Origin: a bacterium
GTDB taxonomy: Bacteria > Hydrothermota > UBA3072 > JAPDKE01
NCBI GenBank assembly: GCA_029258725.1
Contig: JAPDKE010000006.1
Location: 199-64,198, forward strand
DNA length: 64,000 nucleotides
Direction: 5' to 3'
The position numbers were made by a program, and so were the translations under genes. Each line of letters opens with the position of its first letter. The stretch's first letter is position 1. A model generated the notes under the pieces. It was not told the DNA's origin and ran no database searches. It worked only from the letters and a program-made list of their open reading frames with translations. Positions 41,303-51,278 of this stretch are shown piece by piece.

Positions 41303-42019
41303 TCACTCCTCCATAAGGCTTAAAAGCAGTGATGGAAGGTCATAAACCTCTATTTCCTTTCCTTCGGCTCCCTCCGCAAGATTCACATAGCAGAACGGAC
41401 AGGAGGTCACAATCCCATCAACACCAAGAGGAATCACCTGCCTCTCTATCTTCTCCTCTGCAACCGTTCTTGAGAGTTTTGGAAGGTATGCACGGAGCAA
41501 TCCTCCTCCTCCACAGCAGGTTGAACGTTCCCTGGAAAGGGGGAGTTCTCTGAATTCCACTCCCTTTATTGCCTTTATCACCTCCCTTGGCTCCTCGTAT
41601 ATTCCGTCTCCCTGGCGTCCAACATAACAGGGGTCGTGGTAGGTCAGGGTCTTTTTCAGCTCCTTCTTCAGGGTTATCTTGCCTTCCTTTACAAGTTCAT
41701 GGGCAAAGGCGGAGAAGTGCACAACCTTAAAGGGATTTTCATCGCCAAGGAGGTGGGGATACTCTTTCTTTAAGGTGGTATAGCAGTGAGGACACGGGGT
41801 TATTATAACATCAATCCCCTCAGCACTTTCCCTCACCTTTCCTGCCTGTTCCCTTGCCTCCTCCATGTGCCCGGTCAATAACAGTGGAGCACCACAGCAG
41901 AGGTCCTTTCCCAGGGGCTTGTATTCAACCCCTGCAAGCTCCAGAAATCTCTCAAGAGGTTCAATAAGCAAAGGATTTGAACGTGTTGTGCATCCAAAGA
42001 ATACTCCTTTCATTTCCAC
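41303..42019 (-). CDS. CCG-domain Fe-S oxidoreductase subunit (LutA/HdrD-like)
   Basis: CCG, CPHC, HDPC, CCGGGG and CPFC. Confidence 0.88.
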   Translation of the reverse strand: MEMKGVFFGCTTRSNPLLIEPLERFLELAGVEYKPLGKDLCCGAPLLLTGHMEEAREQAGKVRESAEGIDVIITPCPHCYTTLKKEYPHLLGDENPFKVVHFSAFAHELVKEGKITLKKELKKTLTYHDPCYVGRQGDGIYEEPREVIKAIKGVEFRELPLSRERSTCCGGGGLLRAYLPKLSRTVAEEKIERQVIPLGVDGIVTSCPFCYVNLAEGAEGKEIEVYDLPSLLLSLMEE

Positions 42020-42120
42020 TCCTTTTTTTCGGGATTTTATCGGGAAAATTCCTTTTAGTCAAGAAAGTTCTTGACATAAAATGCTGACTCTTTTAAAATC
42101 TTTTAAAAAGGGAGGTGGGT

Positions 42121-44016
42121 ATGATGGTTCTTTTATTTCTGCTCTCGCAGTATGAGACTCTTTCTCTTGCAGAGCTTCTTGAAATCCAGGTGGTCACCGC
42201 AATGAAAAAACCCCTTGAGTTGAAGGAAGTTCCGGTTCCAATAAGTGTGATAACACACGATATGATGGAGGGATATAGAAGTGTTGCGGAGGTTCTGGAG
42301 GATGAGGCGGGGATATATGTGAATCGGGACCTGGTATTTGAGGATGTGGGTCTGAGAGGGATTGTGAGCGGAATGAGGGGATATTCAAGGGGATGGAAGA
42401 TACTCATAAATGGAATGCCTGTAAGTTACAGGGTTTCCTCGATAAAGTCCCTTGGCGATGAGTTCATACCTCTGGATGCTGTGGAAAGGATTGAGATTGT
42501 AAAGGGACCCTCCTCTGCGCTCTATGGTGCCAATGCATTCCTGGGGGTTATAAACATAATCACCCGAAAAGAGAGTGCATTCCGTGTGAGCGGAAATATG
42601 AAAGGATGGGAAGAAAATGTGGTTTTATGGAAGGAGGGGTTTCTTTTTGTTGAGAGGGGAGGATACAGGGACAGGAGCGGACTTTCTGTCCCTTCTGAGT
42701 CTCCTGCCTCGGAATTCTTTGAGGGAGAAAGTGAAAACGATACCAGGTCCCCTCTTTTTCTGTATTACAGATTTGAAAAGGAGGGATTCTTCTTTGACCA
42801 CCTCTATCAGCGAACCGAAACGCATGGAGAGTTCACGGATTGGGGTAAACTCACCCATGAGAATATAATCTCTTTTGAAAATTCACACATGAGAATAGGG
42901 GTGGATAAGGAATGGAAAATGATGAGGTTCACAACCTCCCTCATGTACTCCTATGGTTCTCCCACGGATGAGGAGCATCTTTATACAGGAGAGGATTACT
43001 ATGTGGTGAAGGACGTTGCATATCAGGGTATGGATTTTTCCGGGGAGGTTAAGTTAACGGGAGAGAAGGGCGAATTTCTTGCGGGTTACGACCTTTCAGT
43101 GGACAGACATTCCCTCCCAAATGTGTATCATGTGGATAGTCTTGGAAACTGGGAGATAGAGAGGAGATATCCACCCGTGCCTCAGGGAGATACCCTTTTC
43201 ATCAACCATGGTGTCTATGCCCAGGGGCTTTTGAGGTTAACCGATAAATTCCTTCTTGGAGGTGGGGTGAGGGAGGATATTCAGAACATTTATGGAAACT
43301 TCCTCTCCTACCGTGCAGGAATATCCTTCACCCCGGGAAACTTCTACATAAAACTCTTTACGGGAACATCCTTTAAGGCACCCCCTCCTGATCTTCTCTT
43401 TGGAAGACCGATAAGGGAGTACGGAGGAGTTCTTCCTAACCCATCTCTCAAGCCTGAAAAGGCATCTGAGGCTGAAATCACTGCAGGAGGAGCATTTGGC
43501 AGTGTTTCCTCTTTTCTCTCTCTTTATTACCTCATGGTGAACGATAAGGTTGAGCTTGTTCCGTCGGGAGAGGCTTACCGTCCACGCAACATAGCATCTC
43601 TTTCAGGATACGGGGTTGAGTTTGGAATAAAGGGAAGATTCTCCTTCGTGAGGCCTTACATGAATGTCTCCTGGACAAGGATGGAGGATGAGGATGGAAA
43701 CAGAACAGCGGTCTATCCTGAATTCATGGTGAAGGGTGGATTGCAGTTTGTATTTTCTCCCTTAAAGGGATACATTCGTGGAAGATATGTGGGTGAAAGA
43801 AGGGCTTCCCTTACCAACATGAGAGAGTATGGAGAATACACACTTTCTCCATATCCTGTTCTCGACGCCGGGATAGGGATTGATATGGGAAGATGTTCCA
43901 TAGAGATTGATGTTAAGAATATCCTTGACGAAGGATACACCTATCCCGGTTATGGAGGGATTGATGTTCCATCCCTCCCGAGGGAGTTTCATGCATCGTT
44001 AATCTTCAAACCATGA
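42121..44016 (+). CDS. TonB-dependent receptor
   Basis: LSLAELL..VVTA (plug), ILING, ERIEIVKGPSSALYG, NPSLKPE and KNILD. Upstream TTGACA..TAAAAT promoter. Confidence 0.9.
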   Translation: MMVLLFLLSQYETLSLAELLEIQVVTAMKKPLELKEVPVPISVITHDMMEGYRSVAEVLEDEAGIYVNRDLVFEDVGLRGIVSGMRGYSRGWKILINGMPVSYRVSSIKSLGDEFIPLDAVERIEIVKGPSSALYGANAFLGVINIITRKESAFRVSGNMKGWEENVVLWKEGFLFVERGGYRDRSGLSVPSESPASEFFEGESENDTRSPLFLYYRFEKEGFFFDHLYQRTETHGEFTDWGKLTHENIISFENSHMRIGVDKEWKMMRFTTSLMYSYGSPTDEEHLYTGEDYYVVKDVAYQGMDFSGEVKLTGEKGEFLAGYDLSVDRHSLPNVYHVDSLGNWEIERRYPPVPQGDTLFINHGVYAQGLLRLTDKFLLGGGVREDIQNIYGNFLSYRAGISFTPGNFYIKLFTGTSFKAPPPDLLFGRPIREYGGVLPNPSLKPEKASEAEITAGGAFGSVSSFLSLYYLMVNDKVELVPSGEAYRPRNIASLSGYGVEFGIKGRFSFVRPYMNVSWTRMEDEDGNRTAVYPEFMVKGGLQFVFSPLKGYIRGRYVGERRASLTNMREYGEYTLSPYPVLDAGIGIDMGRCSIEIDVKNILDEGYTYPGYGGIDVPSLPREFHASLIFKP

Positions 44017-44027
44017 GGAGGTGGGGC

Positions 44028-45227
44028 ATGAGGAAACTTCTTTTAATCCCCCTTGTCCTTTTACTTGTGGGATGCCCAGGAGGTGAAAAAGAAACGGTGA
44101 AAATAGGAGCGCTCATACCGCTTACCGGAGGTCTTGCATCCTACGGTGAGTACATGCAGTATGCAATAGATGTTGCCGTGGAGGAAATCAACGAAAATGG
44201 AGGGGTTCTCGGGAAGGAGGTTGAGGTTGTTGTGAAAAACACGGAAACAAATCCGGATGTTGCAAGGGAGGCAGCGCAGGAACTTGTTGATGAGGGAATA
44301 AGAATTATAATCGGTGCAGCGGCAAGCAGTTCAACAATAGAGGCGTCAGAGGTTACCATTCCAAATGAATGTGTTCTTATTGCTCCCCCTTCCACATCCC
44401 CTGATATAACCACCCTTGATGACAATGACCTTGTATTCAGAACATGCCCTTCAGACCTCTTCCAGGGAAAGGTTATGGCAAAGTATCTCCATGATCAGGG
44501 TAAGACAAGTATCGTTGCGCTCTACATCAACAATTCGTACGGGACAGGACTTAAGAATGTTCTCTATCAGGAATTTGCAGCACTTGGTGGAGAGACCCTC
44601 AAGAGTGTCTCCTATCCTGAGGAGTTCAGCATCCTTCCTCCTGAGAGCATAGATTTCCTTCCCTATATAGATACTCTCTATGCAAGAAATGCAGATGTTG
44701 TTGTTCTCATTGCATATGATGAGGGAGGAATTGCGGTCCACAAGGAGGCGGAGGAGAGGGATGATGTTATAGAGTGGTTTGGATGTGATGGTATAATGAC
44801 CCAGGGATTCCTGGATAATGCAGGAACCTACGCTGAGGGAATAAAGGGAACTGCTCCCTATCACGAGGAGGATGAGTATTACGACGACTTCAGAGAAAGA
44901 TACAGCGAAAAGGCAGGATGCGACCCCATAACCTTCATACCCAACACCTACGATGCTGTAATTCTTGCAGCCCTTGCCATTGAACATGCTGGAACATGGG
45001 AGGATGGAATTGCAATAAGAGATGCACTGAGGGAGGTTGCGTCCGGAGGAACGGCTGTGAGGACATTTGCAGACGCTGTTGAAAAACTGCAGGCTGGTGA
45101 GGACATAGATTACAACGGGATTTCAGGAACACTTGATTTTGACGAGAATGGGGATGTGGAGGCTCCCTACGAAATCTGGGAGGTTCAGTCAGGTGAGTTT
45201 GTGCATGTTGAGGTGGTGACACCATGA
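44028..45227 (+). CDS. Periplasmic binding lipoprotein, LivJ/K (branched-chain amino acid) family
   Basis: LVGC lipobox, IGALIPLTG, EINENGGVLG, FRTCPSD, YDAV and GISGTLDFDENGD. Confidence 0.9.
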   Translation: MRKLLLIPLVLLLVGCPGGEKETVKIGALIPLTGGLASYGEYMQYAIDVAVEEINENGGVLGKEVEVVVKNTETNPDVAREAAQELVDEGIRIIIGAAASSSTIEASEVTIPNECVLIAPPSTSPDITTLDDNDLVFRTCPSDLFQGKVMAKYLHDQGKTSIVALYINNSYGTGLKNVLYQEFAALGGETLKSVSYPEEFSILPPESIDFLPYIDTLYARNADVVVLIAYDEGGIAVHKEAEERDDVIEWFGCDGIMTQGFLDNAGTYAEGIKGTAPYHEEDEYYDDFRERYSEKAGCDPITFIPNTYDAVILAALAIEHAGTWEDGIAIRDALREVASGGTAVRTFADAVEKLQAGEDIDYNGISGTLDFDENGDVEAPYEIWEVQSGEFVHVEVVTP

Positions 45228-45721
45228 TGGGAATAAAGGTATTGCTTGCCCTCCACCTCCTCATGGGGGTGGAGGGTGTCCCATATGACCTCCAGAGTGC
45301 GATAATTCTCAAATCCCTCCCGTATGTTTTGAATTTTGAGAAAAAGGAAGAGATAGTGATTGGATTCCTGGGGGGAGAGAAAAAGGAACTCATATCCCTC
45401 TTCAGGGATAAAAAGGCGGGAGAGAAGCCTGTGAAGACTGTGGAGGTGAAAAAGATAGAGGAGATAAAGGGGATTGATGTTCTTGTTCTTCTTCCAGGGG
45501 TGAAGGATGGGGAGCTGGATAGGATAATAAAAAAGACAAGGGAGAACAAAATCTTTTCAATAACCATGATAAACCCGGAAAGGTTTGTGAAGAAGGGAAT
45601 AAGCATGGGGATAACGGTGGAAGGCGGGAAGCCAAGGATAATTATAAACCCGGAGGGAATCAGGGAGGAGGAAATATCTCTTGATGCCAGGTTTCTCAAG
45701 CTCGTGAAACTGATTGAGTGA
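45224..45721 (+). CDS. YfiR/DUF4154-family periplasmic protein
   Basis: LQSAIILK..Y, G.SMG...GKPRIIIN and LDARFLKL; lies between the TBDR and the receptor gene. Confidence 0.7.
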   Translation: MMGIKVLLALHLLMGVEGVPYDLQSAIILKSLPYVLNFEKKEEIVIGFLGGEKKELISLFRDKKAGEKPVKTVEVKKIEEIKGIDVLVLLPGVKDGELDRIIKKTRENKIFSITMINPERFVKKGISMGITVEGGKPRIIINPEGIREEEISLDARFLKLVKLIE

Positions 45722-47283
45722 TGAGGATATCCCATCGTATAGTAAGGCTCAATATCCTCACGAGTTCCATCCTCTTCCTTTTCCTCTTTTCTCTTTTTTA
45801 CCTCATGGGGAGGAGGCTATCCTACCGTATAGTTGAGGATGAGATGAAAAACTTCGCCGGGCTCATTGCCTACCAGATAGCACCTTCCCTGGAATTTGGA
45901 GACACTGTATCCGTGAAAAACACGCTTCTTTCTCTCAGGAACTATCCAATAATAAGGTTTGTGAAGGTGTTTGACCTTTTTGGGGAGGAGTTCGTTTCTG
46001 TGGAGTTTTCCTCAGGAAAATCCCTTACCGTGATGGAAAGCGTGAAGAGTGGAGAGACCCCAATAGGTGGAATATCCATCGGGATAGACCCCTCCTTTAT
46101 TGAAAAGGAGTTCAGGAATTTTCTCATTTTCTCCCTTCTTCCTGCACTTTTAATCCTGGGAATCTCCCTCTACCCTGCATATGCAATGGGAAAGAAAATA
46201 TCCGAGCCCATTCTGAGGGTGAGGGATTCTCTTTCTTCCATTGCAAAAGGAGAGGGTGATTTAACCATGAGGCTTCCGGAGGAAGGAGAGGACGAGATTG
46301 GGGAACTCTCCAGGAGTTTCAATCAATTTGTGGAAGGGATAGAGAAGATAGTAAAGAGCATAAAGAAAACAACAGGAGAGGTGGAGTATCACGTTCACGA
46401 TGTTTCTTCCTCCATTGAGGAACTCACGGCAACTGTTGAGGAGATATCGGCATCCATGAACAATGTTGTGGAAAATGTGGAGGAACAGAAGGGGGAACTT
46501 GAGAAAATGGAAGACAGGGCTGGAGAGATGGGAGAGCGCACGGAAGGGGTATGGAGGGAGGCAAAGGATGTAGAGGAGATGTCCATTTCCATTATGGAGA
46601 AGGCAGGGGAGGGAATGGAGGTTGTGGAAAGGGTGGAGAAGGGGCTTGTGGAGATGGAAGGTGCATTGAGAGAAGTAAGAGAGAAGGGGGAGAGTGTAAC
46701 CAATCTTGCCTCATCCCTTTTTGAGATAAGCCGCAGAATAACCGAGATAGCAAAAAATATAGAACTGCTTTCTCTAAATGCCGCGATTGAGGCGTCAAGA
46801 TTGAAGGAAAAGGGAGGAGGATTCAAGGTGATATCCGATGAGATAAGGAATCTTTCCCAGAAAACAAGGGAATTTGCAAGGAACACAGTGGAGCAGTTAC
46901 AGCAGATGGTTGGGCATATTGAGGAGTTGAGTGGAAGGACTGAGAGAACCTTCAGGGTATTTATGGAATGGGAAAAGGAAACGGAGACCCTGCTCAAAAC
47001 ATTTTCTGAGATAAAGCAGTCAATGGAGGTTCTTTCACGGAAGAAAATGGGTAAAATGATTGAGGAATACAACACCATGAAGGAAAGGATTGAGGAGATG
47101 ATAAAAGGAATAAAAAGTCTTGCCCGGCTTGGAGACCGGATAGCCTCCTCCTCTCAGGAGGTATCAGCCGCAATGGAGGAGGAAAGTGCAAGTTTCCAGG
47201 AGATAGCAATGAGGGCATCCAATATATCCCTTCAGATGCAGAGATTACAGGATGAGGTCAAGAAATTCAGGGTGAGAGAGTGA
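45718..47283 (+). CDS. Methyl-accepting chemotaxis protein (2 TM, HAMP, MA domain)
   Basis: GDLTMRL..DEIGEL..FN (HAMP) and LLSLNAAIEASR...GFKVISDEIRNLS. Confidence 0.92.
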   Translation: MMRISHRIVRLNILTSSILFLFLFSLFYLMGRRLSYRIVEDEMKNFAGLIAYQIAPSLEFGDTVSVKNTLLSLRNYPIIRFVKVFDLFGEEFVSVEFSSGKSLTVMESVKSGETPIGGISIGIDPSFIEKEFRNFLIFSLLPALLILGISLYPAYAMGKKISEPILRVRDSLSSIAKGEGDLTMRLPEEGEDEIGELSRSFNQFVEGIEKIVKSIKKTTGEVEYHVHDVSSSIEELTATVEEISASMNNVVENVEEQKGELEKMEDRAGEMGERTEGVWREAKDVEEMSISIMEKAGEGMEVVERVEKGLVEMEGALREVREKGESVTNLASSLFEISRRITEIAKNIELLSLNAAIEASRLKEKGGGFKVISDEIRNLSQKTREFARNTVEQLQQMVGHIEELSGRTERTFRVFMEWEKETETLLKTFSEIKQSMEVLSRKKMGKMIEEYNTMKERIEEMIKGIKSLARLGDRIASSSQEVSAAMEEESASFQEIAMRASNISLQMQRLQDEVKKFRVRE

Positions 47284-48890
47284 AAAAAATAGGTTTTGTT
47301 CTTCATTCCCATCTTCCCTATCTTTTGGGACACGGAACATGGCCCCATGGGGTTGAGTGGCTTTATGAGGCGGCATGTGAGACATACATACCACTTTTAA
47401 GGGTTTTTAAGAGACTGAAAAAAGAGGGAATTCCATTTGGGGTTACCATAAACTTCACCCCGGTCCTTTCCGAACAGCTGAAGGATGAAAGATTTGAAAA
47501 GGGATTCATTGAGTATCTGGAAAGCAAGATAGAATTTGCAAAAAAGGACCTTCCATTATTTGGGGAACTTGCTAAATTCTGGCTTGAGTTTTACGAAGGG
47601 GTGCTCAGGGAGTTTGAGGAGGAGAGAGATATAGTTGGGGCAATGAGGGAACTTCAGGAGGATGGAGTCATTGAAATACTTACATCCGCTGCAACCCATG
47701 GATATCTTCCTTTGCTGGGTTTTGATGAGTCTGTGAAGGGGCAGGTAAAGGAGGGGGTAAGGAGTTACAAAAAGAACTTCGGGAAAGAGCCCTCAGGGAT
47801 ATGGCCTCCTGAACTGGGATACAGACCATCATATATATGGGCTCCACATAATGGTATGCTTCCACCCAGGAAAAGAAAAGGGCTTGAGGAGGTATACCAG
47901 GAGGAGGGGATAAAATTCTTCCTTGTGGATGCCCATCTTTTAAAGGGAGGGAAACCCATAGGGACGTATCTTTCCCTTTTTGAGGGATTGAAGATTCTGT
48001 GGGAGCAGTCAGGAAGGGGAATAGAAATGGAGGAGAAGGAACTTTCCCCCTACTCAATCTATCTTGCCTCATCCGATGGTATTGCACTCCCATTCTTCAC
48101 ACGCGACCCTGAGACCGCCCTCCAGGTATGGTCAAAGGACTGTGGATATCCGGGGGATGCAAACTATCTTGAATTTCACAAGAAGCACTTTCCAGGAGGA
48201 TTGAGATACTGGAGGATAACATCCCCATCAAGGGACCTTGGAGAAAAGGACCTTTATCATCCCGAATGGGCGGAGGATTCTCTGAGAAAACATGCAGAGC
48301 ACTTCGTTTCACTTCTTTCAGGAATAAAGGGAGAACTTGTCATAGCACCCTATGATACCGAACTCTTCGGGCACTGGTGGTTTGAGGGACCTGAGTGGCT
48401 TTACCTGGTTATTAAAAAGATACACGAGCACGGAATGGGGACTGAAACACTTTCCAGAATTCTTGAGGAAAACCCTCCATCTTTGGTTCTCAGGCTTCCT
48501 GAGGGTTCATGGGGGGAGGGAGGTTTTCACTGGGTCTGGTTGAACGAGTGGACGGAGTGGACGTGGAGACATATTTATGAATGTGAAAAAAAATTCTTTG
48601 GCATGGCTGGAAAGATAAAGGGAGAACTGAAGGAGAGGATATTGAAACAGCTTGCAAGGGAACTTTTACTGCTACAGTCTTCTGACTGGCAGTTTCTGAT
48701 AACAACCTGGAGTGCAAGGGATTATGCAGAAAGAAGGTTCTGTGAGCATCTTGAGAATTTTGAGCGTCTTTATTCCTTCCTTGAGAAAGAATCCCTGAGT
48801 GCCCGTGAGGTTTCATACCTTGAGGAACTGGAATCCCGCGACTCCCTCTTCCCGGACATAAATCCTCATGATTGGCTTTCTTCTGCTTGA
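47280..48890 (+). CDS. GH57 1,4-alpha-glucan branching enzyme (DUF1957)
   Basis: LHSHLPY, ATHGYLP, WPPE, YDTELFGHWW and QSSDW. Confidence 0.93.
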   Translation: MKKIGFVLHSHLPYLLGHGTWPHGVEWLYEAACETYIPLLRVFKRLKKEGIPFGVTINFTPVLSEQLKDERFEKGFIEYLESKIEFAKKDLPLFGELAKFWLEFYEGVLREFEEERDIVGAMRELQEDGVIEILTSAATHGYLPLLGFDESVKGQVKEGVRSYKKNFGKEPSGIWPPELGYRPSYIWAPHNGMLPPRKRKGLEEVYQEEGIKFFLVDAHLLKGGKPIGTYLSLFEGLKILWEQSGRGIEMEEKELSPYSIYLASSDGIALPFFTRDPETALQVWSKDCGYPGDANYLEFHKKHFPGGLRYWRITSPSRDLGEKDLYHPEWAEDSLRKHAEHFVSLLSGIKGELVIAPYDTELFGHWWFEGPEWLYLVIKKIHEHGMGTETLSRILEENPPSLVLRLPEGSWGEGGFHWVWLNEWTEWTWRHIYECEKKFFGMAGKIKGELKERILKQLARELLLLQSSDWQFLITTWSARDYAERRFCEHLENFERLYSFLEKESLSAREVSYLEELESRDSLFPDINPHDWLSSA

Positions 48891-49178
48891 CTTTGCAGAA
48901 AGGAATGGCTTAGAGAGGAAATTAAAAAGTGGAAAGAAGAAAATATCATAAATGAGGAACAGGCGCGTTTACTTATAGAAAGGTATTCTCTTGATGAAGA
49001 ATCTGTTGGGGGAACGATAAGGAGTCTGGTTATACTTGGGAGCATACTTTTGGGTATTGGGCTCATTGCTTTCTTCATAAAGGACATTGTAAATCTTTCC
49101 CTCTTTGCAATCCCGATTATCACAATCATTCTCTTCTCTATTGCCTATTCTGTTGGCTTTTATCTCAAATACATCTGA
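48891..49178 (+). pseudogene. Truncated DUF2157-like membrane protein remnant
   Basis: Frame reads EWLREEIKKWKEENIINEEQARLLIERY...LGSILLGIGLIAFF...YLKYI*, with no start codon after the GH57 stop. Confidence 0.6.
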
Positions 49179-49885
49179 CATCCTGAAAAACCTGCTTTCT
49201 CCCTTACGCATTGAACACCTCCCCTCTGTGCTTATAAAAGACTATCCCCGCAAGGAAGATCTAATCTCCCTCAAAACCCTCATAGATAACATCCAGGAAC
49301 AAATTGGAAAATTAATGCTTTTATCCAGCCTCTTTTCATAGATAATAAAAGGGGGTGTTAAATCGAACGGAGAATGGAAGTGAGTTTTATAAGTAGGAAG
49401 CATGGATGTTCGAGGCGTGACCAAGTTTTGGAGATGCAAATAATGAAGAATTTCTGGATATTACCACGACATCTTACGAGGATGCCTTGTTATGGACAAA
49501 ATCTTATACATTCTTTCCGAATTATATACCTACTCTTGAACGGTGTGATTAAAGAAACGAAATTGAATACTATGTAAGAAAATCAGTCAACGTCTGTTTG
49601 CCTTCCTTCTTTCATAAGTTTTCTCCCAATGTTAAGGTCGCAACACCCTCACCATCTCCATCCCAAATTTTTATTGTAGACACCACGGTCCATTGTGGGT
49701 GGAAGGGCGGAAAAAAATATTTTTCTTAAAAACAAGACTTGTGTGAATCGAATTTTTGCTTTCCCCTATTGTCCTTGTCTCTCATATCCTTTTTCCGTGC
49801 ATGTGGATAAAATCATGAAGAATCAAACCGCATAATATGATTTTCCAGCCGCTTATCCTTTTGGCTACCACTATGTGCATAGGAG

Positions 49886-50488
49886 TTATGAGAGGAGGAG
49901 AACACCTTTAAAAACGAGGGTATCCGAGTTTGAGGCTAAGGATATAAATTCATCTAAAAAGTTGATATGATTTTCAAGTATATTCATTTGAGTAAGATAT
50001 CTTAATAAAGGCAATACCAAATTTTTGGGAGAGAACATACCCAATATGTGTCTTTTTCCCTTAATCCAATACGCTGGGGCTGTAAGTTCTATTCTTTCTC
50101 TTATATTTGTTGAAAGGTCCCAGGCGTTAGGAATAAGAAATTCTATTAGATACAGTGGGTTAATCATAAATGCAATCATATCTTTATGTTCTGATGATGG
50201 TGGTAATTGAAATTCTATAGAGAATCTTTCCCCTGCTTCAATCTCCGGTTGAAATAGTGGAGTTTCTGTATTCTTTCTTATTCTCACATTTAAAGAATCT
50301 TTTATTTTGTCAACTCTATCTAAAATTTTTTCAACTTTTTCTTTCCTTTTCTTTAACTCTTCTTCTTTCACTGCATTTAAAATCCAGCCTTCTGGCTCGT
50401 GTCCCCCGGCAATTTTTACAAGCCAGTCCCAAGTCCCCGTATCCTTTGGATTTTTTATATAGGTGTCGAGCATATCCCAGAAACTCAT
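49886..50488 (-). CDS. Hypothetical protein
   Basis: 200 aa ORF, last of a tightly spaced run; no recognised motif. Confidence 0.6.
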   Translation of the reverse strand: MSFWDMLDTYIKNPKDTGTWDWLVKIAGGHEPEGWILNAVKEEELKKRKEKVEKILDRVDKIKDSLNVRIRKNTETPLFQPEIEAGERFSIEFQLPPSSEHKDMIAFMINPLYLIEFLIPNAWDLSTNIRERIELTAPAYWIKGKRHILGMFSPKNLVLPLLRYLTQMNILENHINFLDEFISLASNSDTLVFKGVLLLS

Positions 50489-50495
50489 TTCTTCT

Positions 50496-51278
50496 CTACC
50501 TTTCTATCCATCCCAGTGTGACCGCCTCAGGATTTACATAGGCCAGGCCCTCTGGTACATCTTCTGATGAGAGGAGTTCTTGGATGGGAAGTTCTATTTT
50601 TATTTTCCCATCGGAAAGAGGATGAAGTTCATAATTCTCAAATTCTATACCCACCTCTTCATCCCATTTTCCTAATATAAGAATTACTTTCTTTATATCG
50701 GATGGTGGTGAAGATTTTATAGTGAATACAAGACGTATATCCCTTTCTGAGCGAGCATAAATCCATGGAGCCTCCTCGTTTATAGAATTTTTAGAAACGC
50801 AGTTATCCAACAGCACCTTTCGCGCCCTTTCTCTTTTTTCTCTTTCAATCTCTTCTTCAATTTTATCTTTTTTACCTCCCCGTGCAATAGCAAGTAGTTC
50901 AGCGTGCTCTTGGGAGCCAAACCCGCTTTTAATAGCAAAATAAACCCTCTTTCCAAAAAATACTCTATATTCACCTGGCTGAATATCGTCTATTAGACAT
51001 TCGTTTTCCGACAGATAGGTGGTTATTTCCTGAGGGCCTGATAATGTTATTGTAACTCCTTTTTTCTGAAGAGCATCCTGAACTTCATCAAAGACCGAGT
51101 CCATCCAAATCCAGAGATATCTTTCACGGCCTTCCCATCCCATAATAAGTCTTACTCCTTCTGGAGACGGATACATCCGAAAAAAGTCAACCCCTTCTTT
51201 AAGGGAAAGAGAAAGTCCATCAAATTTATATTTTATTTCTTTCCATATTTTATATATAAGATTCCTCTTCATCGCCAT
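50496..51278 (-). CDS. Hypothetical protein
   Basis: 260 aa ORF with GGAGG RBS, overlapping the upstream gene; no recognised family. Confidence 0.65.
   Translation of the reverse strand: MAMKRNLIYKIWKEIKYKFDGLSLSLKEGVDFFRMYPSPEGVRLIMGWEGRERYLWIWMDSVFDEVQDALQKKGVTITLSGPQEITTYLSENECLIDDIQPGEYRVFFGKRVYFAIKSGFGSQEHAELLAIARGGKKDKIEEEIEREKRERARKVLLDNCVSKNSINEEAPWIYARSERDIRLVFTIKSSPPSDIKKVILILGKWDEEVGIEFENYELHPLSDGKIKIELPIQELLSSEDVPEGLAYVNPEAVTLGWIER

Noticed and set aside
44935-47078. 266 aa and 227 aa minus-strand ORFs
   Set aside because: They are antisense to the SBP/YfiR/MCP genes, with the Ser/Phe-rich composition typical of shadows.
48888-48890. Stop-codon readthrough or selenocysteine joining GH57 to the DUF2157-like frame
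   Set aside because: GH57 appears complete at the TGA and the downstream frame is itself truncated, so decay is the simpler explanation.
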